Counted from the first letter of the stretch, positions 47,731 to 60,027 are shown. The stretch is 64,000 nucleotides of DNA from Candidatus Dormiibacterota bacterium (GCA_036564925.1 DATCOB010000062.1:36-64035), one strand, 5' to 3'. The notes: generated by a model not told the origin, from the letters alone. Numbers and translations: made by a program.

Positions 47731-48558
47731 ATGCAGGAGCAGGCGATCGCCTGGCGGCACGCCGGAGACGACATTGGATTCGTGCCGACGATGGGCGCGC
47801 TCCATGCCGGCCACGACAGCCTGGTGACCCACGCCCGCGCAGAGAACCAGCGGGTGATCGCGAGCATCTTCGTCAACCCGGCCCAGTTTGGGCAAAACGA
47901 GGATTTCGAGCGTTATCCACGCCCCTTCGAATCCGACCATGACCGCCTGGCGGCCCTCGGCGTGGACGCGATCTTCCGCCCGGCGGTCGATCAAATCTAC
48001 CCGCCGGCCTTCAAGACTCGGGTCGATCCCGGCCCGCTGGCCACGGTGCTGGAAGGAAAGAGCCGGCCCGGGCACTTTGCCGGGGTCCTGACGGTCGTCC
48101 TCAAGCTCTTCCACTTGACCCAGCCAAAGCGCGCCTATTTCGGCCAAAAGGATTTCCAGCAGGTCGTCCTGGTCCGCCAGCTTGCGCGCGATTTCAACCT
48201 GGCGCTGCGGATCGTGGCGGTCGCGACCGTTCGCGAGCCGGACGGGCTGGCCATGAGTTCGCGAAACGTTTACCTGACCCCAGCCCAGCGAGCGGCCGCA
48301 CCGGCGGTTTACAACGCGGTAGACGCGGCGGCAAATGCGTTCGACGCCGGGGCGACCGATCCTGCTGAGCTCGAGGCCATCAGCTGTTCGATGCTGGGAG
48401 GCGTCCCAGATTTGAGCATCGAATACGTCGCTGTGGTCGAAGATACGACCCTTCGTCGCCCGAGCCTGGCCTTCCCGGGCAACGTTTTGGCGGTCGCTGT
48501 TAAACTTGCTTCAACAAGATTGATCGACAACGTCGTTTTGGGAGCCGAGCGCTTCTGA
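47731..48558 (+). CDS. panC: pantoate--beta-alanine ligase
   Basis: FVPTMGALHAGH (HIGH-like) and the KMSKS-equivalent region. 275 aa. Confidence 0.85.
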   Translation: MQEQAIAWRHAGDDIGFVPTMGALHAGHDSLVTHARAENQRVIASIFVNPAQFGQNEDFERYPRPFESDHDRLAALGVDAIFRPAVDQIYPPAFKTRVDPGPLATVLEGKSRPGHFAGVLTVVLKLFHLTQPKRAYFGQKDFQQVVLVRQLARDFNLALRIVAVATVREPDGLAMSSRNVYLTPAQRAAAPAVYNAVDAAANAFDAGATDPAELEAISCSMLGGVPDLSIEYVAVVEDTTLRRPSLAFPGNVLAVAVKLASTRLIDNVVLGAERF

Positions 48559-49001
48559 GTGCCACCGAGCGCTCGAAGCAGAAGGGGCGAGCCACAAGTC
48601 CAAAGGTAAAGGGAAAGCCGTCCGCGAAAGCGGCACGCCCACAACCGGCGACGGCCTCAAAGAAGCCGAGCGCCGCACCCACCCACAAGGCCGGCCCCTC
48701 TCGCCCTGAGCCACGGCGCCAGACGGCGGCCGTGAAGAGCCAGCCCGCCGCGAGCTCGCCCACGCCGGCCCTCGCTGCGCCTGCCCCCGTGCCGGCGGTC
48801 CCGGCGCCGTCGCTGACGGTGCAAGCTCAGCCGCCGCTGCTCCCGGGCGTCCCGATCATGCCGTTTCCGAGGCCGACGATCCTCGGCCTCGGCTCACCCT
48901 GGCGGACGGCCGGACGTCCCCCCGGCATGCCACCGCGGCCGGTGACGCCGCCGCCCGCGCCCGCGCCGCCACCCAAGCCGGTGGTGGTCCCCGTGGTGAC
49001 C

Positions 49002-49838
49002 ATGCGCTTCCCGATCAGCGCCGTCGACAAGCTCATCAAGGAAGCGCTCGCCGAGGACATCGGCGACGGCGACCTGACGACGCAAACGCTGTTCCCCGGC
49101 AAGGTCAAGGCGCGTGGCAAGCTGATCGCCGGGGAGGACGGCGTCCTGTGCGGCCTCCCGATCTTCAAGCGGGTCTTCGAGCTGGTCGACAAGAACATCA
49201 CGTTCGAGCCACGGGCGACCGATGGCATGGCCCTGGCCGGCGGTCAACTCGTCGCCCGCATCTCCGGGCCGGCCACCAGCGTGCTGCAGGCCGAGCGCAC
49301 CGCCCTCAATTTCCTCCAGCATCTCTCCGGGATCGCGACCCAGACGGCGAAGTTTGCCAATGCCGTCAAGGGAACGAAGACGCGCATCCTCGATACCCGC
49401 CGGACGACCCCCGGCCTTCGCTTCCTCGAGAAGTACGCGGTCGAGGTTGGCGGCGGGGTCAGTCACCAGAAGGGCCTGGCCGACCGGCTGATCGTCACGG
49501 AGGCCCACCTCGCCCTCGGTGAGGGTGTCTCCAGCGTGGTGCGGACCTTGAAGAAGGCCCAGCAGGGTAAACGGATCGAACTGACCGTGAGCAACATGCA
49601 GGAGTTGGAGCAGGCGCTCCAGTCGAAGGTCAACGTCCTGCTCCTCGACAACTTCCCACCGGGCCAGGTCCGGCAGGCGATCGCGCTGGTGCAGGGCCGC
49701 GCCAAGGTCGAGGTTTCGGGCAAGATCGCGCTCGACAACGCCCGCGCTTACGCGCTGGCCGGCGTCGACTACATCTCGGTGAGCCAACTCACCCAGTCGG
49801 TCAAGGCCTTCGACTTCAGCTTCCGCGTCGCGCGTTAG
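49002..49838 (+). CDS. nadC: nicotinate-nucleotide pyrophosphorylase (carboxylating)
   Basis: Canonical QPRTase core of about 279 aa beginning MRFPISAVDKLIKEALAEDIGDGDLTT. The same frame is open upstream to a GTG at 48732, encoding a Pro/Ala-rich low-complexity stretch (see findings). Confidence 0.8.
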   Translation: MRFPISAVDKLIKEALAEDIGDGDLTTQTLFPGKVKARGKLIAGEDGVLCGLPIFKRVFELVDKNITFEPRATDGMALAGGQLVARISGPATSVLQAERTALNFLQHLSGIATQTAKFANAVKGTKTRILDTRRTTPGLRFLEKYAVEVGGGVSHQKGLADRLIVTEAHLALGEGVSSVVRTLKKAQQGKRIELTVSNMQELEQALQSKVNVLLLDNFPPGQVRQAIALVQGRAKVEVSGKIALDNARAYALAGVDYISVSQLTQSVKAFDFSFRVAR

Positions 49839-49862
49839 CCAGGCCCGCCGGAGAAGGCCGAG

Positions 49863-50471
49863 TTGGACTTCCAGGACATCCTCAAGCAGCGTCGGATGGT
49901 TCGCCGTTTTGCGCCCGACCCCGTTCCACGCGAGGCCCTCGAGCGCATTGCGCAGGCGGCCCAGCGGGCGCCGAGCGCTGGTTTTAGCCAGGGTCAGCGG
50001 CTGATCGTCGTGACCGACCCCCGCCTCAAGGCCCAGGCCGGGACCGCAGCGGCTGAGCACGAGTACGCTCCACTTGGCTGGGAAAAATGGGTGAGCACCG
50101 CGCCCGCGCAGTTCATTCCCTGCGTCAGCGAGCAGCTGTATCACGAGCGCTACCAGCAGCCGGACAAACTTGAGGATGGCAAAGAGATGGCGTGGCCGGT
50201 TCCCTATTGGTGGATGGACGTGGGCTGCACCGTGATGCTCATCCTCATGGCCGCGGTCAACGAGGGTCTCGCGGCCGGATTTGCCGGGCCCTTTCCGCAT
50301 CCGCAGGGGATGAGCCTGCTTCGCTCAGCGCTCGGCATCCCGGACCACTTCACGCCGGTTGGCGTCATGCCGGTCGGGCGGCCGCTCCCCGACCCTCCGT
50401 CGCCTTCACTCAAGCGGCCCAAGCTCCCCGGTGAGGATTTCGTGCACTGGAACGGCTGGCAGCCTCGCTAG
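49863..50471 (+). CDS. nitroreductase-family protein
   Basis: TTG start. Nitroreductase-like fold pattern (RRMVRRFAPDPVPREALERIAQAAQRAPSAGFSQ). Confidence 0.65.
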   Translation: MDFQDILKQRRMVRRFAPDPVPREALERIAQAAQRAPSAGFSQGQRLIVVTDPRLKAQAGTAAAEHEYAPLGWEKWVSTAPAQFIPCVSEQLYHERYQQPDKLEDGKEMAWPVPYWWMDVGCTVMLILMAAVNEGLAAGFAGPFPHPQGMSLLRSALGIPDHFTPVGVMPVGRPLPDPPSPSLKRPKLPGEDFVHWNGWQPR

Positions 50472-50493
50472 CCGTCGGACCTGTGGCTTGGGC

Positions 50494-51360
50494 TTAGTGG
50501 TAGACCGGCGTCGCGACCGGAGCCAGTTGCGGCGTGCGCTTGCTCTTTCGCCGGGCTAAGACGTTCGCCGTATACCGGTACCCCTCCTCGAGGTAGGATC
50601 CCGTGGCGCCAAAGTCCATCGAGTGCCGCAGAAACCCGGCACTGGGGCGGAGGTGGATGATCTCGACCGACCGACCCATCTGCTGGATGGTCCACTGGGT
50701 GCGGTGCTGAGCCGCCACCTGGAAGGTGTGGTCGACGATGGCGTTCATCGACCCCAGCGGTCCGAGAAGCTGCCCAGCGTAGCCGGAATCCAGCACGAAC
50801 ACCCGCCGCGCGCCGAGTTCGATGGCGGTGTCCAAACCGGTCGGGTCGACCATTCCGCCATCGACATACTGGTGGCCGTCGATCTCGACGGGCGGGAAGA
50901 TCCCGGGAATGGCCGACGACGCCAGGACGGCCGGGGCCAGCGGACCGTGGGAGAAGATCGCCTTGGTGCCCACCGTCAGGTCGATCGACACCGCGTGCAA
51001 GGGAATCGCCAGATCCTCGAAATTGTGCGCCCGGATGTGCTGGCTGATCAAGCGGGATAACCCAGTCCCCTCGTAGAGCGATGGCCGCCGGCGAACCATG
51101 TTCCGGGCTGCCCGCCACCAGGCCATGTCGAGCGTCTGCCGGCTGATCTGCCGCCAGACCGCGTCCAACCGCTCCACCCACTCGAGTTCCGGGCGGTGGG
51201 CCAGCCAGGCGCCGTTCCAGGCGCCGATCGAGACTCCGACCACAAAGTCGGGCCGGATGCCGTGTTCGAGGAGGGCGCGGAGCATCCCCACCTGCATCGC
51301 GCCGCGGGCGCCACCGCCGGAGATGGCAAACGCCGTTTTGTCGCGCCGCCAGTTCATCAT
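50494..51360 (-). CDS. patatin-like phospholipase
   Basis: Oxyanion-hole motif GGGARG, nucleophile elbow GVSIGA (GxSxG), and catalytic DGG (YVDGGM). Confidence 0.75.
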   Translation of the reverse strand: MMNWRRDKTAFAISGGGARGAMQVGMLRALLEHGIRPDFVVGVSIGAWNGAWLAHRPELEWVERLDAVWRQISRQTLDMAWWRAARNMVRRRPSLYEGTGLSRLISQHIRAHNFEDLAIPLHAVSIDLTVGTKAIFSHGPLAPAVLASSAIPGIFPPVEIDGHQYVDGGMVDPTGLDTAIELGARRVFVLDSGYAGQLLGPLGSMNAIVDHTFQVAAQHRTQWTIQQMGRSVEIIHLRPSAGFLRHSMDFGATGSYLEEGYRYTANVLARRKSKRTPQLAPVATPVYH

Positions 51361-51535
51361 GCTGTCTTCAGTTTAGGTGGGCGCCGACATCGCGTCCATC
51401 ATCAAGCGTGGTTTGCGTCGTCGACCGCGCCCCGCGAGCCGCCGGCAAGGATAAATCGCTCGCCGATTGCTATACTTCGAGGTGACTCGCGCCTCTGCCT
51501 ACACTTTGACGACCAACGAGTTCCAATAACACAAG

Positions 51536-52789
51536 GTGGTGCCCACTGGATTGTCTGATTTTGAGCTGTCCCAGGATTACTCCGATTCGCAAAGCGCCTC
51601 TGCAACCATGGCGACGACCATGGAGGAATACCTCGATCAAGAGGAAGCCTCCAGCAAGCGCATAGCCCACGGCGACATCATCGACGGCGTCGTCGTCAGG
51701 GTCGATCCGGATGAAGTCCTGGTTGACGTCGGCTCCAAGTCAGAAGGGGTCATTTCCAGCCGCGAGCTGGGTACCAAAGAGGCCGGCACTCCCGACCTCC
51801 AGGCGGGTGACCGCATCAAAGTCTTCGTCCTCCAGCCCGAGAACGAGGACGGCAATGTCGTTCTCTCCCTGCGCCGGGCGCGGGCCGAGTCGGTCTGGCT
51901 CAAAGCCCAGGACAAGCAGGTGTCCGGCGAGCTGATGGAGGCAGAAGTCCGCGAGCAGAACAAGGGCGGCCTGATCGTCAACATCCTGGGATTGCGGGGC
52001 TTTCTGCCCACGTCGCAGGTCTCTCGCAGTTACAGTGCCAGCCTCCAGGAACTGGTGGGCCAGCGGATCGGCGTCAAGATCCTCGAGGTCAACCGCAAGC
52101 GCAACCGGCTGATCGTCAGCCAGAAGGCCGCCTTCGATGAGGATCGCGCTCGCCAGCGGACCGAGCTGTTCGATCGGCTCAAGGTCGGCGACGACGTCCG
52201 CGGCAAGGTCTCCGGCCTGACCTCCTACGGCGCCTTCGTGAACCTTGGGGCGGCGGACGGCCTGATCCACATCTCCGAGCTTTCCTGGGACCGGGTCGCC
52301 AATGTGGGCGACGTCCTTCAGGTGAGCCAGGAGGTCGACGTCCGGGTGATCAAGCTCGATCCCGAGACGTCGCGGATCTCGCTAAGCCTGCGCCAGCTTG
52401 GGGTCGATCCCTGGGACCACATCGAAAAGCGGTATCCGCCGGGCGCCATCATCGAGGGCGAAGTCACCAAGACCAAGAAGTACGGCGCCTTCCTCCAGAT
52501 CGGCGACGGCATCGAGGGCCTCCTCCACATCTCTGAGCTGGCCTGGGAACACGTCGAGCACACCGAGGACGTGGTTCAGGTCGGGCAGACACTCCAGGTC
52601 CGCGTCCTGCAGGCGGATCGGGCCCGGCGTCGGATCAGTCTCTCGCTGAAGCAGGCGGAAGAGCCGCAAACCCACGAGCGGGCGGAGGATTCCGAGGGAT
52701 CCGACTACCCGGGCGAGATCGAACGGGTGCACGAGCCGGAGCACGAGCGGGTCCTCGCCGAAGTCAGCGCCGCTCCCTCCGAAGGCTAG
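51536..52789 (+). CDS. rpsA: 30S ribosomal protein S1
   Basis: Four tandem S1 domains (repeated G.V..I...GAFV pattern). Start uncertain: GTG 51536 or ATG 51609. Confidence 0.8.
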   Translation: MVPTGLSDFELSQDYSDSQSASATMATTMEEYLDQEEASSKRIAHGDIIDGVVVRVDPDEVLVDVGSKSEGVISSRELGTKEAGTPDLQAGDRIKVFVLQPENEDGNVVLSLRRARAESVWLKAQDKQVSGELMEAEVREQNKGGLIVNILGLRGFLPTSQVSRSYSASLQELVGQRIGVKILEVNRKRNRLIVSQKAAFDEDRARQRTELFDRLKVGDDVRGKVSGLTSYGAFVNLGAADGLIHISELSWDRVANVGDVLQVSQEVDVRVIKLDPETSRISLSLRQLGVDPWDHIEKRYPPGAIIEGEVTKTKKYGAFLQIGDGIEGLLHISELAWEHVEHTEDVVQVGQTLQVRVLQADRARRRISLSLKQAEEPQTHERAEDSEGSDYPGEIERVHEPEHERVLAEVSAAPSEG

Positions 52790-52841
52790 GCGACCCTCGA
52801 AAAGGGCCGGGTTGCGCCGTGGCGCGATCCGGCAGGCGCTC

Positions 52842-52920
52842 GGGGGAGTCTAAACAATTATTAGACGCGCGGTGAATTCGGCGGCAATATGCGCTAAACT
52901 GCCCCCGAACGATTGTTTAG
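52842..52920 (+). promoter_or_regulatory. structured inverted repeats in the clpC 5' leader (candidate operator/attenuator)
   Basis: Imperfect long-range inverted repeat: GGGGGAG-t-CTAAACAAT at 52842-52858 pairs with ATTGTTTAG-ccc at 52912-52920. A nested palindrome GTCTAA-N7-TTAGAC sits at 52848-52866. Confidence 0.35.
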
Positions 52921-53048
52921 CCCTATCCGCAGGGTGGTAACCCGACTTACGTCGCAGCATTACGGCCGTTGCCATCTCCGGCCGTGAGTCATCCAAAGAA
53001 TCCGGGTATCGTAATAGGTAGTAACAGAAGTCATGCGGAGGTTACTGG

Positions 53049-55595
<2,547 letters not shown>

Positions 55596-55607
55596 GACCT
55601 GAGCAGA

Positions 55608-55641
55608 TGGAACCGCCGGGATCGTCCCGGCGGTTTTTTCT
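55608..55641 (+). terminator. rho-independent terminator after clpC
   Basis: CCGCCGGGA-tcg-TCCCGGCGG stem-loop followed by TTTTTTCTT. Confidence 0.7.
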
Positions 55642-55686
55642 TGATACCGCCTTCGTAACTTATTGCCCAGTGGTCGTTACACGCGC

Positions 55687-56211
55687 ATGAAAAGAATGAT
55701 CCTTCTGGCAGCCCTGCTGCTGGCTGCCTGCGGCCCGAAGATAGCCGCGACGCCGACCGTGTCAACTACCTCTAGTCCTTCGAACGCGACGACGCCCACC
55801 GCCTCGACCTCGCTCGTAAGCGCACACTTCGTAGACCTCTCGCCCTCGGCCGCCAAGGTTGGCGGTGCGCAGACCGACCCGTGGGTGGATGTTGTCGCGT
55901 TCCACGAAGTTGGCCTAACCGCCGGGCAGACCGTTGCCTACCGGGTTACCGGCTCTGGCACCGCGAGCTACACCTGCAACGGCAAGGCCGTGACGGTGAC
56001 CGGTGGGGTTGCCGCGTCAAAGATCTTCACAGCCGACGCTTCGGGCGAGATCAGCCAGGTTATCGTGGTTCAGCCGCCGGCGCAGCAGGCCGGCATGTGC
56101 ACCTCCAGCTATCCGAACGGGATCTGGGCCTTCACGTATCGGACGATGCGCCTCCTGGACAGCACCAACCAGGTTGGGACGAACGCCCCGGACACGAGCG
56201 GCGGCGCCTAG
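55687..56211 (+). CDS. hypothetical lipoprotein
   Basis: Signal peptide with lipobox LLAAC|G, followed by a Thr/Ser-rich linker and a beta-rich domain. Confidence 0.5.
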   Translation: MKRMILLAALLLAACGPKIAATPTVSTTSSPSNATTPTASTSLVSAHFVDLSPSAAKVGGAQTDPWVDVVAFHEVGLTAGQTVAYRVTGSGTASYTCNGKAVTVTGGVAASKIFTADASGEISQVIVVQPPAQQAGMCTSSYPNGIWAFTYRTMRLLDSTNQVGTNAPDTSGGA

Positions 56212-56313
56212 GCGCGCTCCTACCGCCGGAAAGCCCCGCCAGCCCGTCCCCGGCGAGGCTTTGTTGCAGGAACGCCACGGAGGTTCCGCTCCCGCCAATC
56301 GATATATGCGCGA

Positions 56314-56895
56314 ATGGCGGTCTGCAAACGCTGCGGCTGTGCGATCCCGCTCGGTAGCAAGGCGTGCGATCTGTGCGCGCTGACCGGCTCCATCGCTCCG
56401 GTCGGCCAGCCCGTCGCCTGGCAGCCCCCGAAGGACGCGGCCGCCCCCACGGAGCTGGCCTCGTCGGCCGCCAGTTGGGCCTCCCCAGCCGGCGCGGCGC
56501 GTCCAACCCTGTCGGCGCAGGTCCAGAAGGCTCATAAGCAAGTACGCGCGGCCTGGCAGTTCATCGCGTTCGTCGGGGCGCTGACTGTCACCCTCGGTCT
56601 TGTTGCCGAGCTCGGCACCGTCACGTTCCTACTGAACTACTTCGACTGGTTTTCGGTGGCCGAGGGCGTCATCTTCCTTACCCTCGCCTGGTTCATTCGC
56701 GGCGGCTCGGTCGTCGCCACCGTCATCGCGGCCGCTCTCTACATCCTGGACACGGTGGCCCTCCTCTTCATCGGCCACTTCGGGTTCTTCCGCATCTTCA
56801 TCATCGCCTTCCTGCTGCGCTCAGTCGGCTCGGCGTTTCTCCTCAGGCAGCAGCGACGGAGCACGTCGGCACAGGATCAGTCCCGGGCGGCCTGA
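56314..56895 (+). CDS. zinc-ribbon-domain membrane protein (hypothetical)
   Basis: N-terminal CKRCGC...CDLC zinc ribbon, a Pro/Ala linker, and three to four C-terminal TM helices. Confidence 0.45.
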   Translation: MAVCKRCGCAIPLGSKACDLCALTGSIAPVGQPVAWQPPKDAAAPTELASSAASWASPAGAARPTLSAQVQKAHKQVRAAWQFIAFVGALTVTLGLVAELGTVTFLLNYFDWFSVAEGVIFLTLAWFIRGGSVVATVIAAALYILDTVALLFIGHFGFFRIFIIAFLLRSVGSAFLLRQQRRSTSAQDQSRAA

Positions 56896-56898
56896 GTC

Positions 56899-58473
56899 CT
56901 AGCTACCGCCGACGATCTCCGCGAGCGTGTCCGGCAAGCCGAAATACGCGCGGAGAACCGGGCCGCTGACCTCGTCCGTTTGACTGCTGCCTCGAAGCCG
57001 AACGCCCAGGATCCTTCCCGACGGGCCCCGCCGGAGAACGTCGATCCCTAGCAGGCGGTCGCCCAGATCTTCATCGTTGTCCTTGAGGATCTGGGCGGCG
57101 GCCTCGGGCGATAGTGGTCCAACCTGCCATGAGGGCGCCCGATCCAGCGGATCCGCGACGCCTCGAAGGTAGGGGAGGGTGGCCGCCGGCTTGAGCCCGT
57201 GGTTCCAGTGAATGAACCCGAACTCACTGCTCTCGGTGTGCCCCCCACCCGACGCCATGAAGAGGGCGTCGATCAGCTGGCCCCCGGAGGTGAGCACCTG
57301 CCCACGGGTGGCGTCGACCGCGTCGCTGCTCGACCTCCACTGTTGGGTGAGCCCGCTGTAGGCCTGGTCGAACTCGTTCCCCTCGAGGTCGAAGTCGCCG
57401 TGGCCGTCCAGCGCGATCTTGCGCAGGGCATAGGTCCGGGCCGCCACCGCCTGCGCCTTGAGCGCTTCCGTTCCCCAGTAGGGGGGCATTTCGGCGGGAA
57501 CCACGCCTTTGAGGTAATCCTCCATGGCAATGACATTGACGGGCAGGACCGTCGCGCCCCCCTTGGGAATCACCTGGAGGACGCCACCGTAGCGCCACTC
57601 TTCGGCCCCGGTGCGGAAGTCGCCACCCATCGTCTGGATCAGGTTGGTGCGGATCCCGGCCGGACCCGATGGGTGGATGGTCAGGACGTGGTCGATCACG
57701 ACGCCGCCGGCCCGCGAGCCATCCGCGGCCTGCAGGAAGGCCTCGGGCTGGTTGCTACCGTTGGCATCGAACCCGAGCATGGTGCCGGCGCCCCCCGACA
57801 ACGATGGCTGCCCGTCCACGGTGACCGGCTCGGCGATGAAGGCAACCGACCCGAACAGGCGAGGCCAGGGGCGTGCGAGGTCGACCGGGCCGTGGGTCAA
57901 GGCGATCCTCACGGTGCTTGAGGTATCGCGGCTGTCCACCCGGGTTCCCTGGTAATAGGCGCTCAGGATCTTGCGGTAGTCCTGCCCGGCCGCCGCACGC
58001 CCTCGGGCTCCCCACTGGCTCATGCCAAGCCCGTGGCCGTTGCCGTGTCCGTTAAAAAGAAAGCCACCCAGGTGGAACGAGGTTGGATCGCCAATCGGTA
58101 GCCGAGCCCCCCCGGTGTCGAGGTCGGTCGTCAGGATGAAGTCCCCCGCGGCAGCCGGCGATAGCGTGACCAGCGCGAGTGCGACGGTCGCACCCGGCTT
58201 GACCGCCTGGCCGAGACGGCGCGACTCTTCCGTGGCCGTCTTGCCGCTGGTCTTCCAGGTCAGGCGCACCACGTCGGTCGCGGTCCACACTCGATCGGTG
58301 TCATTGCGCACCTGCAGGGCGAGCCGGACGACGCCGCCCATGGCGGGGTTGTGGGGAAGGACGGTCCCGGACACGAGCGTGGCGGTACCGGACGCCCTCG
58401 CCGGTGCCACGGTTAGGAGCGTGGCGAGCAGCACGACGCCCGCCAGCAGGAGCGCACGCCTTCGGTGGGGCAC
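56899..58473 (-). CDS. SpoIID/LytB-domain protein (secreted)
   Basis: Hallmark GHGLGMSQWGA motif. Signal peptide RRRALLLAGVVLLATLLTVAPARA. GTG start at 58473 is preferred over ATG 58572, which would overlap the divergent neighbour. Confidence 0.7.
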   Translation of the reverse strand: MPHRRRALLLAGVVLLATLLTVAPARASGTATLVSGTVLPHNPAMGGVVRLALQVRNDTDRVWTATDVVRLTWKTSGKTATEESRRLGQAVKPGATVALALVTLSPAAAGDFILTTDLDTGGARLPIGDPTSFHLGGFLFNGHGNGHGLGMSQWGARGRAAAGQDYRKILSAYYQGTRVDSRDTSSTVRIALTHGPVDLARPWPRLFGSVAFIAEPVTVDGQPSLSGGAGTMLGFDANGSNQPEAFLQAADGSRAGGVVIDHVLTIHPSGPAGIRTNLIQTMGGDFRTGAEEWRYGGVLQVIPKGGATVLPVNVIAMEDYLKGVVPAEMPPYWGTEALKAQAVAARTYALRKIALDGHGDFDLEGNEFDQAYSGLTQQWRSSSDAVDATRGQVLTSGGQLIDALFMASGGGHTESSEFGFIHWNHGLKPAATLPYLRGVADPLDRAPSWQVGPLSPEAAAQILKDNDEDLGDRLLGIDVLRRGPSGRILGVRLRGSSQTDEVSGPVLRAYFGLPDTLAEIVGGS

Positions 58474-58491
58474 CTTGCTAGTATCGGAAAA

Positions 58492-60027
58492 ATGGTCGCC
58501 CGCGCCCGCTGCGCGGTGGGGCTGGCGCTCACGCTGCTGGCGAGCTCGTGCACATCGGCCGCAACGCCGCATCCCTCCGCATCACCCTCGACCCGGAGCG
58601 GCAGCACGCTCACGCATCTCCAGCTGATCGAGGCGGAGGATGCCCAGACGCTCGACCCGGCGCTGATCGACGATCCAACCTCGCTCGCGATCGGGAGTGA
58701 AGTCTTCGAGGGCCTCACCCGCCTGGACGCCAACCTACGGCCCGCGCCAGGCCTGGCCGACCGCTGGGATATCACGGATGGGGGCCGCACGTACATCTTT
58801 CATCTCCGGGCTGCCCGCTACCACTCCGGCACCTCGGTGCAAGCGTCCGATGCCGTGACGGCCTGGACGCGGGCGCTCGCTGCGGAAACCGCGAGCCCGC
58901 TTACCGTCTTCTTCAAACCCCTGGGCCCGAGTCATCCCGGCGACGCGTTGACCGGAGTGGACGTCATCGATCCGCATACGCTTCGCGTTCACCTGCCCGA
59001 GCCGGATAGCGCCCTGTTGACGCTGCTCGCGCTGCCGCCGTTCTGGCTCACGGATCCGAATCACCTCGACATGGGCAGCGGGCCGTACCGCCTGGAGCGC
59101 TGGGACCACGGCCACAGCCTGCACCTCGCCATCGACTCGACCTACTGGGGACCCTCCCCGCAGGTCCGCCGCGTCGACATCGACGTCGAGCCAGACGCCG
59201 GGAAGCGGCTCGACCGTTTCGTGGCGGGGACCGCGGACATCGCCCACGGCTTCAGCGGCCCCCAGTTGCTGGCCTTTGCCCGCGACCCCGATCACCTGGC
59301 CGTGATGCACAAGGTGTCGACCGGTCGGTCAACCTACCTTGGGATCAACACCGTGGCCGGCAGTGGGTATGGACCACCGGAGCGGATGGCCATCGCCGAG
59401 GCGATCGACCGGCTCCGACTCACGGACATCGCCCTCTTCGGGTCCTTCCTCGGCGCGCCCTCAACAGACGTCATTCCCCCGGGAGTCGCCGGGCACCTGG
59501 CGCGGCCCACCCCCGCTGCAGACCCCGCGGCCGCCCGCCAGGCTCTCGACCTGGCCGGCTTCCCCGGTCCGATCGACCTTTACTTCTCCACTAACTCGAC
59601 CGTGGGTCGGGTCGCGCGCGACCTCCAGGACCAGCTCAGCACCGCAACCGGCCGGGTCGTGAACCTGCATCCGACCGGCGACTTCTTCAGGCGCGCTGCG
59701 CTGGACCAGTTGCCGCTCTTCATCAACACCTGGAGTGCCGATTACCCCTATCCGTCGGACATCCTGGAGAACTTGCTCCGGACCAATGCCCAGTTCAACG
59801 ATCTGCGCCTCAGCGATCCGCGGGTCGACACTGCGCTCGACCAGGCGAAGGCGGCGGTGACCTGGGATGCGGCTATCCAGTCGTATCAGCAGGCGGAAAC
59901 GATCCCGATCACGGACAATCGCGTCATTCCTCTCTACAGCGGCGTCGAACCCTACCTCGTCCAGCGGGGGCTGCAGGTCCCGTTCCGCGGTGGAAGCATC
60001 GCTTACCGCTGGGAGGAGGTGCGCTGA
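58492..60027 (+). CDS. ABC transporter substrate-binding lipoprotein, family 5 (peptide/nickel type)
   Basis: Signal peptide plus lipobox (LTLLASSC) and an SBP_bac_5-like two-lobe sequence pattern. Confidence 0.65.
   Translation: MVARARCAVGLALTLLASSCTSAATPHPSASPSTRSGSTLTHLQLIEAEDAQTLDPALIDDPTSLAIGSEVFEGLTRLDANLRPAPGLADRWDITDGGRTYIFHLRAARYHSGTSVQASDAVTAWTRALAAETASPLTVFFKPLGPSHPGDALTGVDVIDPHTLRVHLPEPDSALLTLLALPPFWLTDPNHLDMGSGPYRLERWDHGHSLHLAIDSTYWGPSPQVRRVDIDVEPDAGKRLDRFVAGTADIAHGFSGPQLLAFARDPDHLAVMHKVSTGRSTYLGINTVAGSGYGPPERMAIAEAIDRLRLTDIALFGSFLGAPSTDVIPPGVAGHLARPTPAADPAAARQALDLAGFPGPIDLYFSTNSTVGRVARDLQDQLSTATGRVVNLHPTGDFFRRAALDQLPLFINTWSADYPYPSDILENLLRTNAQFNDLRLSDPRVDTALDQAKAAVTWDAAIQSYQQAETIPITDNRVIPLYSGVEPYLVQRGLQVPFRGGSIAYRWEEVR

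Noticed and set aside
50494-51360. Patatin-like phospholipase considered as a defence-system effector (CBASS- or Thoeris-like).
   Set aside because: No cyclase, sensor, or other defence-associated partner genes are adjacent. Its neighbours are a nitroreductase gene and rpsA. It is most likely an ordinary lipase or esterase.
52790-52830. CCCTCGAAAAGGG hairpin after rpsA considered as a terminator.
   Set aside because: The stem is short (4 bp) and no U-tract follows.
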